Positions 44,480 through 57,000 of a stretch of DNA of 64,000 nucleotides are shown here, piece by piece; position 1 is the stretch's first letter, and the number at the start of each line of letters is the position of its first letter. The stretch lies in contig VJWM01000197.1 in assembly GCA_010909165.1 (NCBI GenBank), forward strand, positions 62,001 to 126,000. The letters are read 5' to 3'. Under the pieces are notes generated by a model. That model was not told the origin of the DNA. It saw only the letters and a program-made list of their open reading frames with translations, and did no database searches. This DNA is from Anthoceros angustus (taxonomy: Eukaryota; Plantae; Anthocerotophyta). The position numbers and the translations under genes are program-made.

Positions 44480-47400
44480 CCCTCCTCATCCACCTCGTCC
44501 TCCGAGTCCCATGCCAAAGATTGGTGCTTAGCCAAAAGAGACTCATACCTGATCCGGTGTTGGAGGCGAACGACTGGACAAAGGAGAGTCCAGCAGTGGT
44601 TACGAGGCGAGAGGAGGCTGAACCACTCGCAGAGGGAGGTGGAGACCCTACGTTTCCACCAGACATCAGCAAGGAAGTTGCGGTGATGTTGGAAGGTGAA
44701 CTAAGGAGGCTGACTCAGCGACCGAAAAAGGTTTCTTTTGCTGAATCTGCAATAAGCGACCCGGTGGAAGACCAGAAGCAGGCACGAGAAGAGGCGCCGA
44801 GTGAGGAACAACCAAGAGGGACGCTGTTGCGCCACTCGCTAGTACTGAGACCGCAAGAAGGGTTCTAGCATCAAATATTTCCAGCTTTGCGGACGCGCTA
44901 CTTGATCAGGAGTTTGTAGTGAGCTTGACACAGCTCTTGGCGAAGAGCCCAAGATCTAGGAAGATCGTTAAGGAGGCGATACGGGGGATACCAGAGCCAC
45001 TAGAGGTAAGGAGAATGCAAGTGGAAGTTAACGCGGTGGAATTGGTTGATTGTGGGGCTAGCAGGGTGTTTAGTGCCAGATGTCCCTTTGGACACAGGAT
45101 CTGGAGTGAATTTGATGACCGAAGAAACAGGACATCGACTTGGGTTTACGAAATTCAGTCTCATTCGTGTCCAGACCAAGAGAAAGCCTTTGGGGGTGCT
45201 GTGCAACATCCCCACGGTGATTGGAGGCATCACCTTCAATCTGACCAACATTATGATGCGACCAGTTACAGACTTGGGGTACAAGGTACTTCTTGGGAGG
45301 CCGTGGCTGTATGGGACAGTTTGCATCTTTGATTTTGGGAGGCATGGAGTTACTTTCAGGTCGAGCAGGACAGATCCTGCGAAGACAGCATTCGTATCGT
45401 GGAGCAGATCACCTTACGAACGGGATACACTTCAGGGAGCACGGGCGAAAGTTCGTCCGGGAGCAATTTGGCTTACCAAGGACCAGCCAAGGCAGTCGAG
45501 ATGGTGTATGGGGGACAGGAGATCCCATGTTTTCATACTGACGTACTGGAGGAAGAAGATTTGCACAAGGATGAGGAGCACCGAGAGGGCAGCCTTTTGG
45601 AAGGGTCATGCCTATGATCACGACTTTCCAGAGGAAGGATCAGGCACGAGTGTGGGCGGTGTTTTCAACGCTGTGAGAGGAGTTTATGTGGATCCCGCGC
45701 GTGGAGGATATGGAGTTGAAGCCGGGCAAAAGTGTGAAAGTTTCCAAGTATCTCAGCCCGACGGAGCGAGAGGAATTGAAGGCCTTACTAAAGAAGTACA
45801 TCGATGTATTTTCCTTTAAGGTCACTGATATGACTGGGATTCTTGAAGAGCTAGGAATTCATCGCATTGACCTCAAGGAGGGAAGCACGCCAGTTCGAGT
45901 GAAGCAGTACCGTCTCAATCCCAAGTACTCCATGGTTGTGAAGGCAGTTCTCACCAGCGAATGGGTGGCGCCCATCGTGGTGGTTCCCAAGAAGCAACAA
46001 GGCAAGGTTCGTGTTTGTCAAGATGTCAGGAGGCTCAACGAAGCGACGAAGAAGGACCACCATCCACTACCCTTCATGGACAGCGTTTTGGACACGGTGG
46101 CGGGTCATGAGATGTACAGTTTTCTAGATGGCTATTCTGGTTACAATCAAATCACGCTGCGCAAGGAGGATCAAGATAAGACCACTTTCACCACGGATTG
46201 GGGGACGTTTGCTTACGCCAAGCTTCCATTCGGACTCTGCAATGCCCTTGCAACCTTCCAACGAGTGGTAAACACTAACTTTAGAGATTTTCTTTGCAAG
46301 TTTATGGAAGTGTTTCTTGATGATTTTTGAGTCTTTGGGAGGCAACAATCACATTGGGAACATCTGAGCCGGTGTTTTCAACGTTGCTGTGAGACCAACC
46401 TAAAACTTCACCCTGGAAAGTGTTTTTTCGGGATGACGGAGGGGATTCTCCTCGCCCATCGAGTTTCAGCATGAGGACTCCAAGTGGACATGGAGAAAGT
46501 CAAGGTGATCGCAGAGATGGATGCACCTCAGACAGTCAGGCAGGTCAGAGCTTTCATAGGGTTAGTCGGCTATTACAGGAGATTCGTCAAAGATTTTGCA
46601 AGAAGGCAGCCGTCCTAACCCAGCTCACAAAGAAGGACGTAGCATTTGAGTGGACAGCGGAAAGAGAAGAAGCGTTTCAACAACTAAAGAGGAGTTTGGT
46701 GGAGGCACCCACCTTGAGACCACCAAATTGGGAACAGCCATTTCACGTGTACGTGGATGTGTCTGCGTATGCGCTTGGGGCTATTCTGAGCCAGAAGGAC
46801 GAAGAGAAGAGGGATCATCCTATCTTCTACGCGGGCAGGCAGTTGACTGACGCGGAGAGAAATTATTCTACGACTGAGAGGGATGCATTGGGAATCATCT
46901 TCGCATGCAAGAAGTTTCGTCACTACCTCTTGGCCTGCAAGGTAACCTTCCACGTTGATCATTTTGTTGAAGTACCTAGTGAACAAGCGGATTTGTCGGG
47001 AAGAATTGCTCGATGGATTCTTTTTCTTTGCAAGAATTTGATTTTGATGTTGAGACACGAGCGGGTAAGAGACACATCAACGCAGATTTCATCTCGAGGT
47101 TGAGAACAACAGGTAAGGTCCGGGAGACGGATGATATGTTTCCTGACGAGGAGTTGGTCGCGGCATCACCGAGGAGGATGAAGAGGAAGTTCGAGCGGAG
47201 GGCGGCGGTGAGCCCCAGAGGAAGTTCGAGCGGAGGCGGAGGCGGATGAGAAGATACGAAGGTGTCTGGTGGTCCGATCGGCCGGATCTAGCCGGCGGGA
47301 GGAAGTTCAGATCGACTTCCAGGTGGACAGTCGACGGGAGAGACGCCTAACGGCGAGATAGCAGCAGCAGAGTGCGAGAATCAGGGAGGACGTGCCATGA

Positions 47401-48754
47401 GTCCTCAACCAAGATCAGCAAGGAGCCGTGGCTCCACAAGGGCGCAACGTCGCGCCAGGTTTCGAAGGGATAGAGAAGGGCGACCGTGCGCAAGGCAGTT
47501 GCTAATGGGAGAAGTTCGAAGATTCCTGGAGTTAGGAATCATGCCCAATGGATTGAGTAGGGAAGGACGAGCAGTTTTTCTTCATAAGGTAGCCCCTTAC
47601 TGCTTGAGGAATGGAATCTTGTACAAGATGGGGGCGGATGAGAAGATACGAAGGTGTCTGGAGCTTGGAGGCGGTTTGGTGATTGAGGCTTTACATGCGG
47701 AGGCGGGGAGGCCATTACTCCGTGCAGGTCACGATTAAGAAGATTTTGGATACAGGCTTTGGGTGGACTACCATGCAACGTGATGTTTGGGATTCTATTA
47801 GGATATGCGACGCGTGTCAGCGTGTAGGGAGGCCGACACTATCCACACAGTGGCCATCGACCTACATTCTGCCACTCGCTCCTTTTGAGAAGTGGGGAAT
47901 CGACTTTGTTGGGCCAATTCGCCCACCTACCAGGTAGACTCAGAAAGCAATACATATTGGTGGCCATCGATTACTGCACCAAGATGGTAGAGGCGGAGGC
48001 GACAAGGAAGGATGATGCACCGACAGTCGCAAAATTTTTGTTTGAGAACATCATCACACGGTATGGTTGTCCCTTGGAGTTGGTGAGTGACCGAGGAACT
48101 CACTTCTTGAACACTGTCATTGAGTCGTTGACCAGCTACTTCAACATACGACACCGCAAGACAACGCCTTACAACCCGAAGGCAAATGGCCTCACGGAGA
48201 AGACCAACGGATTGCTGGGTACCATTTTGACTAAGGTGACTGTCACACACATGTATGACTGGGACACGAAGCTTCATTCAGCACTTTGGGCCTATTGAAC
48301 AACTGAAAAGGTAACCACAAAACGAACGCCCTACTACCTGACCTATGGGATGTCACCAGTGTTACCAATTGAATTTGAGATTCCAACGCATCGAATCATG
48401 GAGGACGTAAGGATGACTGTGGAGGACAGTCAAACAGCGCGATTGGAAGCTTTCGCGACTTATGAGGAGGACCGAGAGGAGGCACTTGAGGAGACCTACA
48501 AAATCCAAGAACAACGGAAGCACCGACATGACGGGAAGCTTCGAAAGTGAGAAGTGATTGTGGTAGGAGATTTGGTTTTGTTGTATGACAACCGATACTT
48601 GGATTTTCCAGGAAAGTTGAGATTGAGGAGGATGGGACCCTACAAGGTTGAGGAGGTGTATGAGAATGGGTCTGTCCAGCTGCGAGTCTCAGATGGGGAA
48701 CTCCTGCCGACGCGAGTGAACGGCTGGAAGGTCAAAAAGTATTTTCAGCCTTGA
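44480..48754 (+). pseudogene. gag-end/pol polyprotein, frameshifted
   Basis: Protease VPLDTGSGVNLM; RT GIHRIDL...SEWVAPIVVVPKK...FLDGYSGYNQI...PFGLCNA..FQR...VFLDDF; RNase H FHVYVDVSAYALGAILSQ...NYSTTERDALGIIFACKKFRHYL; integrase GGHYS...CDACQR, WGIDFVGP, SDRGTHF, YNPKANGLTE, GPY motif. Confidence 0.93.
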
Positions 48755-49349
48755 GTCCTGTTGTTTGCAGGGACGCAAACAAGTGGGGAGGGGGGCATGT
48801 GGAACACCGAATTTTGGGTCCACGGTTAGAAGAGAGGTGGATGCCTCCTAATTTTGTTCATATTAGTTAGGTTTCTTTTTTCTTTTCTTTTTTTCTTTTC
48901 TTACCAAGATATTATTGACGGGAAGACAGCAACGAGAAGTTGCCAGCTGAGAAGCGGGAGGACAGGATGGCAGTCCCTCGACGGGACGGACAGAACGGAG
49001 AAGAACCGGACCTAAGGAAAGGTCCGACTGCTAGTCAGGACGGAGGACTGGTCAGGAGGGTCGGAAACCTTACGCACGAGGAAGCAGATTCGCCGAATCC
49101 CGGACATGGAGTACCGAGGGTTGGTACAGCTTGGGAGCGCGGCGATCACCAGGGTCGAGTAAGGAGTAAATTCCTACTCTAGGCGAAGGGCCTTGCATAA
49201 AGGAGATTTTCGCACTGAGGCGGATAGGCGCGCGAGAGGCCGACAGGCGGAGAGGAAGGAAAGTCGCAAGAGGAGACTGGAGGGAGCGTATGCAGGACAT
49301 ATATGGAAGAATTGTCCTTGGCGCTCGGAGGAAGAAAATCGGGCGTTGT

Positions 49350-49629
49350 CCTTGGCCTTTGGCAAATTTCGAACAAGCTGAAGATTGGACGGCGGCGGGC
49401 GGTCTTAGGGCTGCGACGTGGTAGCGGACTGAACCCTTGTGCATGTCCCTCGATTTTTCTTTCCTTGGCCTTTGGTAGTTGGAGGACAGCTGAGATCTTT
49501 CCTTGGCCTTTGGTGGTTGAGGAATAGCTGACATTTTACTAACGGAGGGAAGAGTCCTTGGCCTTTGGATAGTAGGGGTTTTTGTCCTCGGCCTTTGGGG
49601 TTTTAAAATTCCCCCTTACAGTATATAAG
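49350..49629 (+). promoter_or_regulatory. Five CCT(T/C)GGCCTTTGG motifs followed by TATATAAG, ahead of the extra ORF
   Basis: Motif at 49350, 49463, 49501, 49556 and 49586. TATA-like box at 49622-49629; first ATG at 49768. Function is inferred. Confidence 0.5.
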
Positions 49630-49767
49630 GAAGAAGTTGGACAGTGATTAGTCCATTTTGGCTGATAGGAAGGACTGGAGGACGGAGCGATGAGCCTGTC
49701 GAAAACAGTCTCAAGGAACACTTGAATTTTGGAGGAGAAGCCGGCGGGAGAAGCGGAAAAAGCGAAG

Positions 49768-52700
49768 ATGAAGGCAGCAGTCATGGAGGAGTGCGCAAGC
49801 CTTCCAGCAGCAAGGAGGGAACGGCCCCGTTGGCAAAGGAGAAGAAGAAGGAGAAGCCCGAAAAAGATCAGGCCGAGAAGGAGGGGCCAGGGTTTCTATG
49901 CTTCAGTGTACAAGTCTCTTCGAGAGACTTGTGGGATTTTTGACAGTGGGCTGCTGATGACAACGTGCAGCTACAGTGGGCTTACGATAGGCACTGGGCC
50001 TATTCTAATGTGGAACTAGTCGAGTCTTGCTACAAGCAACTCGAACTCACGGAGGAAGAAACGGAAAATGAAAGAAAGGAACGTGCGGACAGATCCGAGG
50101 GGATGGACTGTCCAGCACATCCGGAAGGTATATGGGAGGCCAGAGAGCGAGAGTGATGGTGTGGCTCCCACCGAGAGGAATGAAGATGGAAAAAGGGCAG
50201 TAGTGGCTGACCTTCCCGAGGAAGCTCTCAGCATGCTCATCGGAGGGGTGGACGCAAAGACGCGCAATGACTGGTTAGGGAAGTGTATGGGCGCGGCGAG
50301 GAGGCAGCAAGAGGATTGGTGATTGAGCCCTCCCAGAAGAGGAGCACAACGGCAGCAGCAACGGCTCTGGTCAAGACGGGCGTAGTTCGAGAACCCAATG
50401 GATGGTTGACCCGAGAAATGGTCTCTGCACAGCTCATGGGTCTGGCCAGATGGCTCCTTTGCTTCCTGCAGCACAAGAAGCAGGATTATTTGTCTGACCA
50501 TTTGCTGCTTTTTCTCTATGAAGTTGTCAAGGGTACAAGGATTGATTGGGGCCGGATTATTTTTGACAAGCTGTGTGAGGAGAGGCTGAACCTGACCTCC
50601 CCTTCCCCTCGCCCCTCCTTAATTTCGCCCTTCCTGGTTCACCTGTATGCACACTCTAATTGTTTGCCTGAGATAGAAATTGTGGCCTCCCTCCACATGT
50701 GGAAGCCAGTTAGGGAGGTGAAGTGGAAAGCGGAAGAGCCCAAGGAAGAGATAGAGGAAGGATCTGACAGCTGGGAGTCTGTGGTGACGTGCAGCTCGGA
50801 AGAGGAAGAGGAAGCGGCCACAGACAAGAAAAGTAAGGCCGAGGGAGTCAGGCGGGGCTCAACTAAGAAGGGGAAGGTGGACGTGCGCGTCACTAGGTCG
50901 AAGGCCCCCGGGGGGCCGCGCTGTAGGAAAAAGCGAAGAAGATGAAGGCCAAGCGTCGGATCGATTTGTCGGAAGAAGAGGCGCGGTCCGAGGAAGACAA
51001 TTTTGCTTACCTGGATGCAGGTGACGAATAGGCCCCGGAAGAATTAGGGTTGGCCCCAGCAACGGAACCCTCCCCAGGGTGGGAAGAGATCTTCAAGGGA
51101 GCTCCCTTGGCGACTGAGGTCGATGTGATAAAGTTAGTTCGGGTACGCACCTTGCTGGGGAAAAAGGTGCTCGATAGGGGAATGGCGTCTGGCGCGGGGC
51201 CTCCTCAACAAGTGGATCTGCAGGAGCTGACAACGGCCATGATTCGGGCCCAGTCGGACATGTTGGATCAGGCCGCGTTGGCTCTCACCTGGCTCACCGT
51301 GCAGGGGCGACGAGAAGAAGCGGTGAAGGCCAGATTCGATGAGGAGGAGGCTAGGCGGAAACAGCTGGAGGAAGACAAGAAGGCCCTGGAGGAAATGAGG
51401 GTAAAAATTCAGGAGGATTTACGTAGGGCCCAAGAGGAGTTACACTCCATGACGAGTCAGCAGGAGGCGCTCATGGCCTAGATCAGAGATGCCCATGAAG
51501 CAAACCAAGAAATGCAGGGGGAATTGTTGCGAGCCCAAGAGCAGGAGGTGGCCTATGTGGAGAAGGCCCAGAAGTTGGCGGACCGGTACAAGCGGGAGCG
51601 GGACGAGGCACGTGGCCGAGCCAGGAAGGAGAAGGGAAAAGGGAAGCGGAGCAGCAAGTCCACGACCGGGGTAGTGGAAGGAACTATCGGAGGGAAGGGA
51701 GAGGCAACCGTGGTAGCCGAACCACCTACCAGGGTTGTGGAACAAACGACGGTCGTGGAGTCCGTTACCGGGGTAGCGAAAATCTCTACCGACATTGGAG
51801 AACCCAACTCTGTGGCAACCATGAGCGGCGCAACAGGAGGCGACGTGGCATTTCGCGGGGGCATGGATCAGGCGGCCAGGGGTAGTCCACGGGAGGAGGG
51901 GAAGGGACCAGGGCTTACCTTCTGCAAGTGAGGACTCGAAGTGGATGCTTCTTCCACTGCGCCCAGGTATGGGGATTGGCCCCCTATTATACGGAGGCAG
52001 TCTTGGAGGAGCTTACGGAGGAAGAAGTCCAAGCGTGGGTGGATGAAGAGCCCGTAATAATCCTCAACAATAGGCAGCAGGCAGGGGGGGATGGAGCTCA
52101 CGAGCGGAACACACCCCCGATTAGGTGTGAGGAGACATCCAGAAGGAAAGCGAGGTGGAGGTTACATGGGAGGATTTGTCGATTAGCGGCGAGGGAGGAG
52201 GCTCGTGGAGGTGGCGGAGGACGGAGGCGAGGCACGTGGCCGAGCCAGAAGGAGAAGGGAAAAGGGAAGCGGAGCAGCAAGTCCACGACCGGGGTAGTGG
52301 AAGGAACTATCGGAGGGAAGGGAGAGGCAACCGTGGTAGCCGAACCACCTACCAGGGTTGTGGAACAAACGACGGTCGTGGAGTCCGTTACCGGGGTAGC
52401 GAAAATCTCTACCGACATTGGAGAACCCAACTCTGTGGCAACCATGAGCGGCGCAACAGGAGGCGACGTGGCATTTCGCGGGGGCATGGATCAAAGTGCT
52501 GTGGGTAGTCCACGGGAGGAGGGAAGGGACCAGGCTTCCGCAAGTGAGGACTCAAGTGGATGCTTCTTCCACCGCGCCTGCGTATGGGGATTGGCCCCTA
52601 TTATAATGGCGGTCTTGGAGGAGCTTACGGAGGAAGAAGTCCAAGCGTGGGTGGATGAAGAGCCCGTAATAATCCTCAACAATAGGCAGCAGGCAGGGGG

Positions 52701-52797
52701 GGATGGAGCTCACGAGCGGAACACACCCCCGATTAGGTGTGAGGAGACATCCAGTGAAAGCGAGGTGGAGGTTACGTGGGAGGATTTGTCGGATTAG
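49768..52797 (+). pseudogene. Retroelement extra ORF of unknown function: globular domain, coiled coil and acidic tail; frameshifted, with a ~620-bp duplicated tail
   Basis: Consecutive overlapping ORFs (49729, 49965, 50068, 50283, 51050, 51512, 51928) with coding-like composition. Motif IDWGRIIFDKL...LISPFLVHLYAH; E/K/Q-rich heptads at 51330-51620. Confidence 0.65.
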
Positions 52798-52866
52798 CGA
52801 GGGAGGAGGGCTCGTGGAGGTGGCAGCGGAGGACGGAGGGCCAGGCAACCAAGTCGGAGGAGGGCG

Positions 52867-54014
52867 TGAAGATAACGTAGGCAAAGAGTAGTGGCGTCCT
52901 AGGAATAGAACCTTGGATAGGGTGCCATCCTGGATCTAAGATCGTTCGAAATTGTAGGGGCGCCTTCACGTTCAGCCGTTTTTAGGACCTGAAAATTCTG
53001 GTGGGCTATGAAGCCCCCAGCCGTTGTATAAAGGGGCTTGGTTGTGCCCCTCACATCAGATAATTCCTGGTTGAGATCCCCACGCTGCCTATGGCTGGTT
53101 GGAGACGTCCGATCGACGGAGGTGGTGTGCGTAAGATGCTCCTAGGGATGGTCGAGAGCTTGCTCCTCAACCGGCGGAACAGGGTGATTGAGCGCTCCCC
53201 GCTGACAACGGAGGAGGAAATCGAGGGATTGGCGCGGGGCGGGTCTGGAGCTTGCTCGTAACTGATTGGAAGCCTGAGGGCGAATTGAGAAAGAGAGAGG
53301 AAGGAGATTGGGTGGAGAAGTGACTGAACACTGTACGCGACGCGAGGTGTGAAGCCAAGAAGAGGAGGAGTTGAGAAGGAGAACTAATTGAGAAACTAAC
53401 AGTTGAGATTTGTGTGGATCAAAGAGAATCCGAACCGGTGCTGTTGATGGAAGTTTGCACAAGAAGAAACAGTGTTCCCTTGTGGAAATTGTGTGAGTGT
53501 GGCGCCTTCGTGTGTGTGAGAGAGCGGTTGAAAGGGATCTGTGGGATCCCGGTCCCTATGAGCCAGTGTGTATGTGTGAAGTGTAGAGTGCAAAATAACG
53601 TCTGATCCGATGCTGGGGGTAGCCCCGTGGCAGGAAATCACGGCGCCGCGCGTCCAAAATAAGTTGCTAGGGTTTGGAGTGGGACCCACCTCGGTAGTCG
53701 TAGCAACTACCCGGTAGTTGTGAGAGCCACCGTGGTAGTAGCTCAGGAGCGGGGGTGGTGGAATAGGATCCGCGGTTGTAGAATAAGACGTGTGGTCACA
53801 GAATAAGATCGGTGGTAGTTAGACAAGTCGGGAGGTAATTGTAGTAGTAGTTGAGAGATAGGCAGGAGGAGTGATAGCAGGTAAGTCATGATTTAGGCAA
53901 AGGTCAGTAGTGATAAAAGTTAGCGTCTCTTGGCACAAACCATTCCCTTGGGAGCGAATCCTAGGCCTACAACGACATTGAGGGTGAATGTGGACCTCAT
54001 GGTGTCTCTAGACA
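52867..54014 (+). repeat. Putative 3' LTR (~1.15 kb); further copies at 54921-56013 and, partially, 57648-58095
   Basis: Preceded by GGAGGAGGGCG, starts TG, contains TGTATAAAGGGG and a GA-rich tract. Its end (CATTCCCTTGGGAGCGAATCC...AGACA) resembles the LTR end at 44226-44310 on the minus strand. Confidence 0.65.
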
Positions 54015-57000
54015 CAAGTTTTCACTCCACAGCTGCTGAGGCCAAACATCGTGGACAATGAAGGAGCGAGACATGCCCATTTGAGTACTTACTCTGGGCA
54101 GTTGTGGGCGGCACATGGGTTACTCACAGAAGAGGAGTTGGAGGAGTCTTACCAAATTGCTCAAGTAGTCCCTCCGTGGGACTGACAGGGTCCCTCTCCA
54201 GAAAAAGGTTAAGAAGGCAGGAGGAACCCAAGGTGGAGCAAGGAGTGCTTCACCTCGTGGTGATCTTGGATGATGAGACCACCCGGCCCCGACGCCAAGG
54301 AAGGGGAAATGCTTGTCATCCGGGGAGGGGAGACAAGGGAGGAAGAGGTGGCGGTGCCACCAAGTGTCTGAGAGGCAACCGTAGCCGAACCACCTACTGT
54401 GGTTGTGGAACAAACGACGGTCGTGGAGTCCGTTACCGGGGTAGCGAAAATCTCTACCGACATTGGAGAACCCAACTCTGTGGCAACCATGAGCGGCGCA
54501 ACAGGAGGCGACGTGGCATTTCGCGGGGGCATGGATCAGGCGGCCAGGGGTAGTCCACGGGAGGAGGGAAGGGACCGTGGCACCTTACGCAAGTGAGGAC
54601 TCGGATGCTTCTTCCACCGCGCCTGTGTATGGGGATTGGCCCCTATTATCTGGAGGCGCCTTGGAGGAGCTTACGTAAGGAGGAAGAGGTCCAAGCGTAG
54701 GTGGATGAAGAGCCAGTAATAATCCTCAGCAATAGGCAGCAGGCGGGGGGATGGAGCTCACGAGCGGAACACACCCCCGATTAGGTGTGAGGAGACATCC
54801 AGCAGTGAAAGCGAGGTGGAGGTTCTGTGGGAGGATTTGTCAGATTAGCGGCGAGGGAGGAGGGCTCGTGGAGGTGGCAGCGGAGGACGGAGGGCCAGGC
54901 AACCAAGTCGGAGGAGGGCGTGAAGATAACGTAGGCAAAGAGTAGTGGCGTCCTAGGAATAGAACCTTGGATAGGGTGCCATCCTCGGATCTAAGATCGC
55001 TTCGAAATTGTAGGGGCGCCTTCACGCTCATGCTTTTAGGACCTGAAAATTCGTGGGCTATGAAGCCCCACCGTTGTATAAAGGGGCTTGGTTGTGCCCC
55101 TCACATCGATAATTCTGGTTGAGATCCCCACGCCTATGGCTGGTTGGAGACGTCCGATCGACGGAGGTGGTGTCGTAAGATGCTCCTAGGGATGGATGGT
55201 CGAGAGCTTGCTCCTCAACCGCGGAATGGGGTGATTGAGCGCTCACGCTGACGGAGGAGGAAATCGAGGGATTGGCGCGGGCGGGTCCGGAGCTTGCTAA
55301 ATCGATTGGAAGCCCGAGGCGAATTGAGAAAGAGAGAGGAAGGAGATTGGGTGGAGAAGTGATCGAACAACATGCGACGCGAGGTGAAGCCAAGAAGAGG
55401 AGGAGTTGAGAAGGAGAACTAATTGAGAACTAACAGCTTGAGATTTGTGGATCAAAGAGAATCCGAACCGTGTTGTTGATGGAAGTTTGCACAAGAAGAA
55501 CGGTTCCCTTGTGGAAATTGTGTGAGTGTGGCGCCTGTGTGTGTGAGAGAGCGGTTGAAAGGGATCTGGGGATCCGGTCCCTATGAGCCACAGGTATGTG
55601 TGAAGTGTAGAGTGCAAAATAACGCCTCGATCCGATCGGGGTAGCCTGCAGGAAATCACGGCGCCGCGCGTCCAAAATAAGTTGCTAGGGTTTGGAGTGG
55701 GACCCACTTAGTCGTAGCAACTACCCTGAGTTGTGAGAGCCACCGTGGTAGCTCGAGCGGGGTGGTGGAATAGGATCCGCGGTTGTAGAATAAGACGTGG
55801 TCGCTGAATAAGATCGGTGGTAGTTAGACAAGTCGGAGGTAATTGTAGTAGTAGTTGAGAGATAGGCGGAGGAGTGATAGGTAAGTCATGATTTAGGCAA
55901 AGGTCAGAGTGATAAAAGTTAGCGCCTCTTGGCACAAACCATTCCCTTGGGAGCGAATCCTAGGCCTACAACGACATTGAGGGTGAATGTGGACCTCATG
56001 GTGTCTCTAGACACAAGTTTTCACTCCACACTGAGGCCAAACATCGTGGACAATGAAGGAGCGAGACACGTACCCATTTGAGTACTTACCTTGTGCGCTG
56101 TGTACATGGGTTACTAAGGAAGAGGAGTTGGAGGAGTCTTACCAAATTGCTCAAGTAGTCCCTCCGAGGTGACACAGGTCCCTCTCCAAAAAGGTTAAGA
56201 AGGCAGGAGGAACCCAAGGTGGAGCAAGGAGTGCTTCACCTCGTGTGGTGATCTTGGATGATGAGACCACCCGGCCCCGACGCCAAGGAAGGAAATGCTT
56301 GTCATCCGGGGAGACAAGGGCACAAAGGAAGAGGTGGCAGTGCCACCAAGTGTACAGGAGGCAACCCCCATGGAGCAGGATGGTGGAACTAACCCACCCT
56401 AGGAGATAATAGAGTCACAAGAGTCCCACCCAACATCCTCGATCGGGAGGCGGAGGCGCCCAGGAAAAAGGCGGAGACTACCCCAGGAGAGAAATGAGAA
56501 AACTAAGGCTTTGAAGGATCTGCTGACCATTTGTCAGCTAATTGATACTCCATTGGTGAAACAGGCCTTGCAGGAAGTAGAGGAGTTGGAGGTGAGAGCT
56601 GTCGTCAGGACAGCCGAGGCGATTGCCCTACAGTCAGGTGGGGAGAAAGATAGCAAAGCTATCAAGGAGATGGCGTTGGCGAAGGGGCGCCTAGTTAACC
56701 TGGAGAGAAGGTTGGGGCTCAGCAAGATTGAGGAGCAGAGGCTAAGACAAGAAAGTAGGGAGCATGTAAAAGAAGTGGCCACCCTCAATCAAAAAATTGA
56801 GGAGACTGTCCGATGTGGGAAGGAGTGGCAAGAAGAACTCACTCTTCAGTTGAGAAGAAGCGAGAATGGGGATGCGAAGACAATCACGGAGGAGGCCGAA
56901 GAATAAGCCAAGAATAAAGAGCTGGAGACCAAGCTCAAGGAGCTGGAGGAGGACAGCCACTTGGAGCAAGGAGCGAGGAGCTCAAGCAAGCAACGGAGGC

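Larger units (their letters stand above)
44480..54014 (+). mobile_element. 5'-truncated non-chromovirus Ty3/gypsy (Athila/Selgy-like) retrotransposon with an extra 3' ORF and 3' LTR
   Basis: PR-RT-RH-INT order, no chromodomain, extra ORF 49768-52797, purine tract then TG at 52867, LTR-like block ending in CA at 54014. Confidence 0.8.

Noticed and set aside
48555-48754. Chromodomain after integrase
   Set aside because: The segment is a GPY/F-type integrase C-terminus ending in a stop, with no chromodomain residues.
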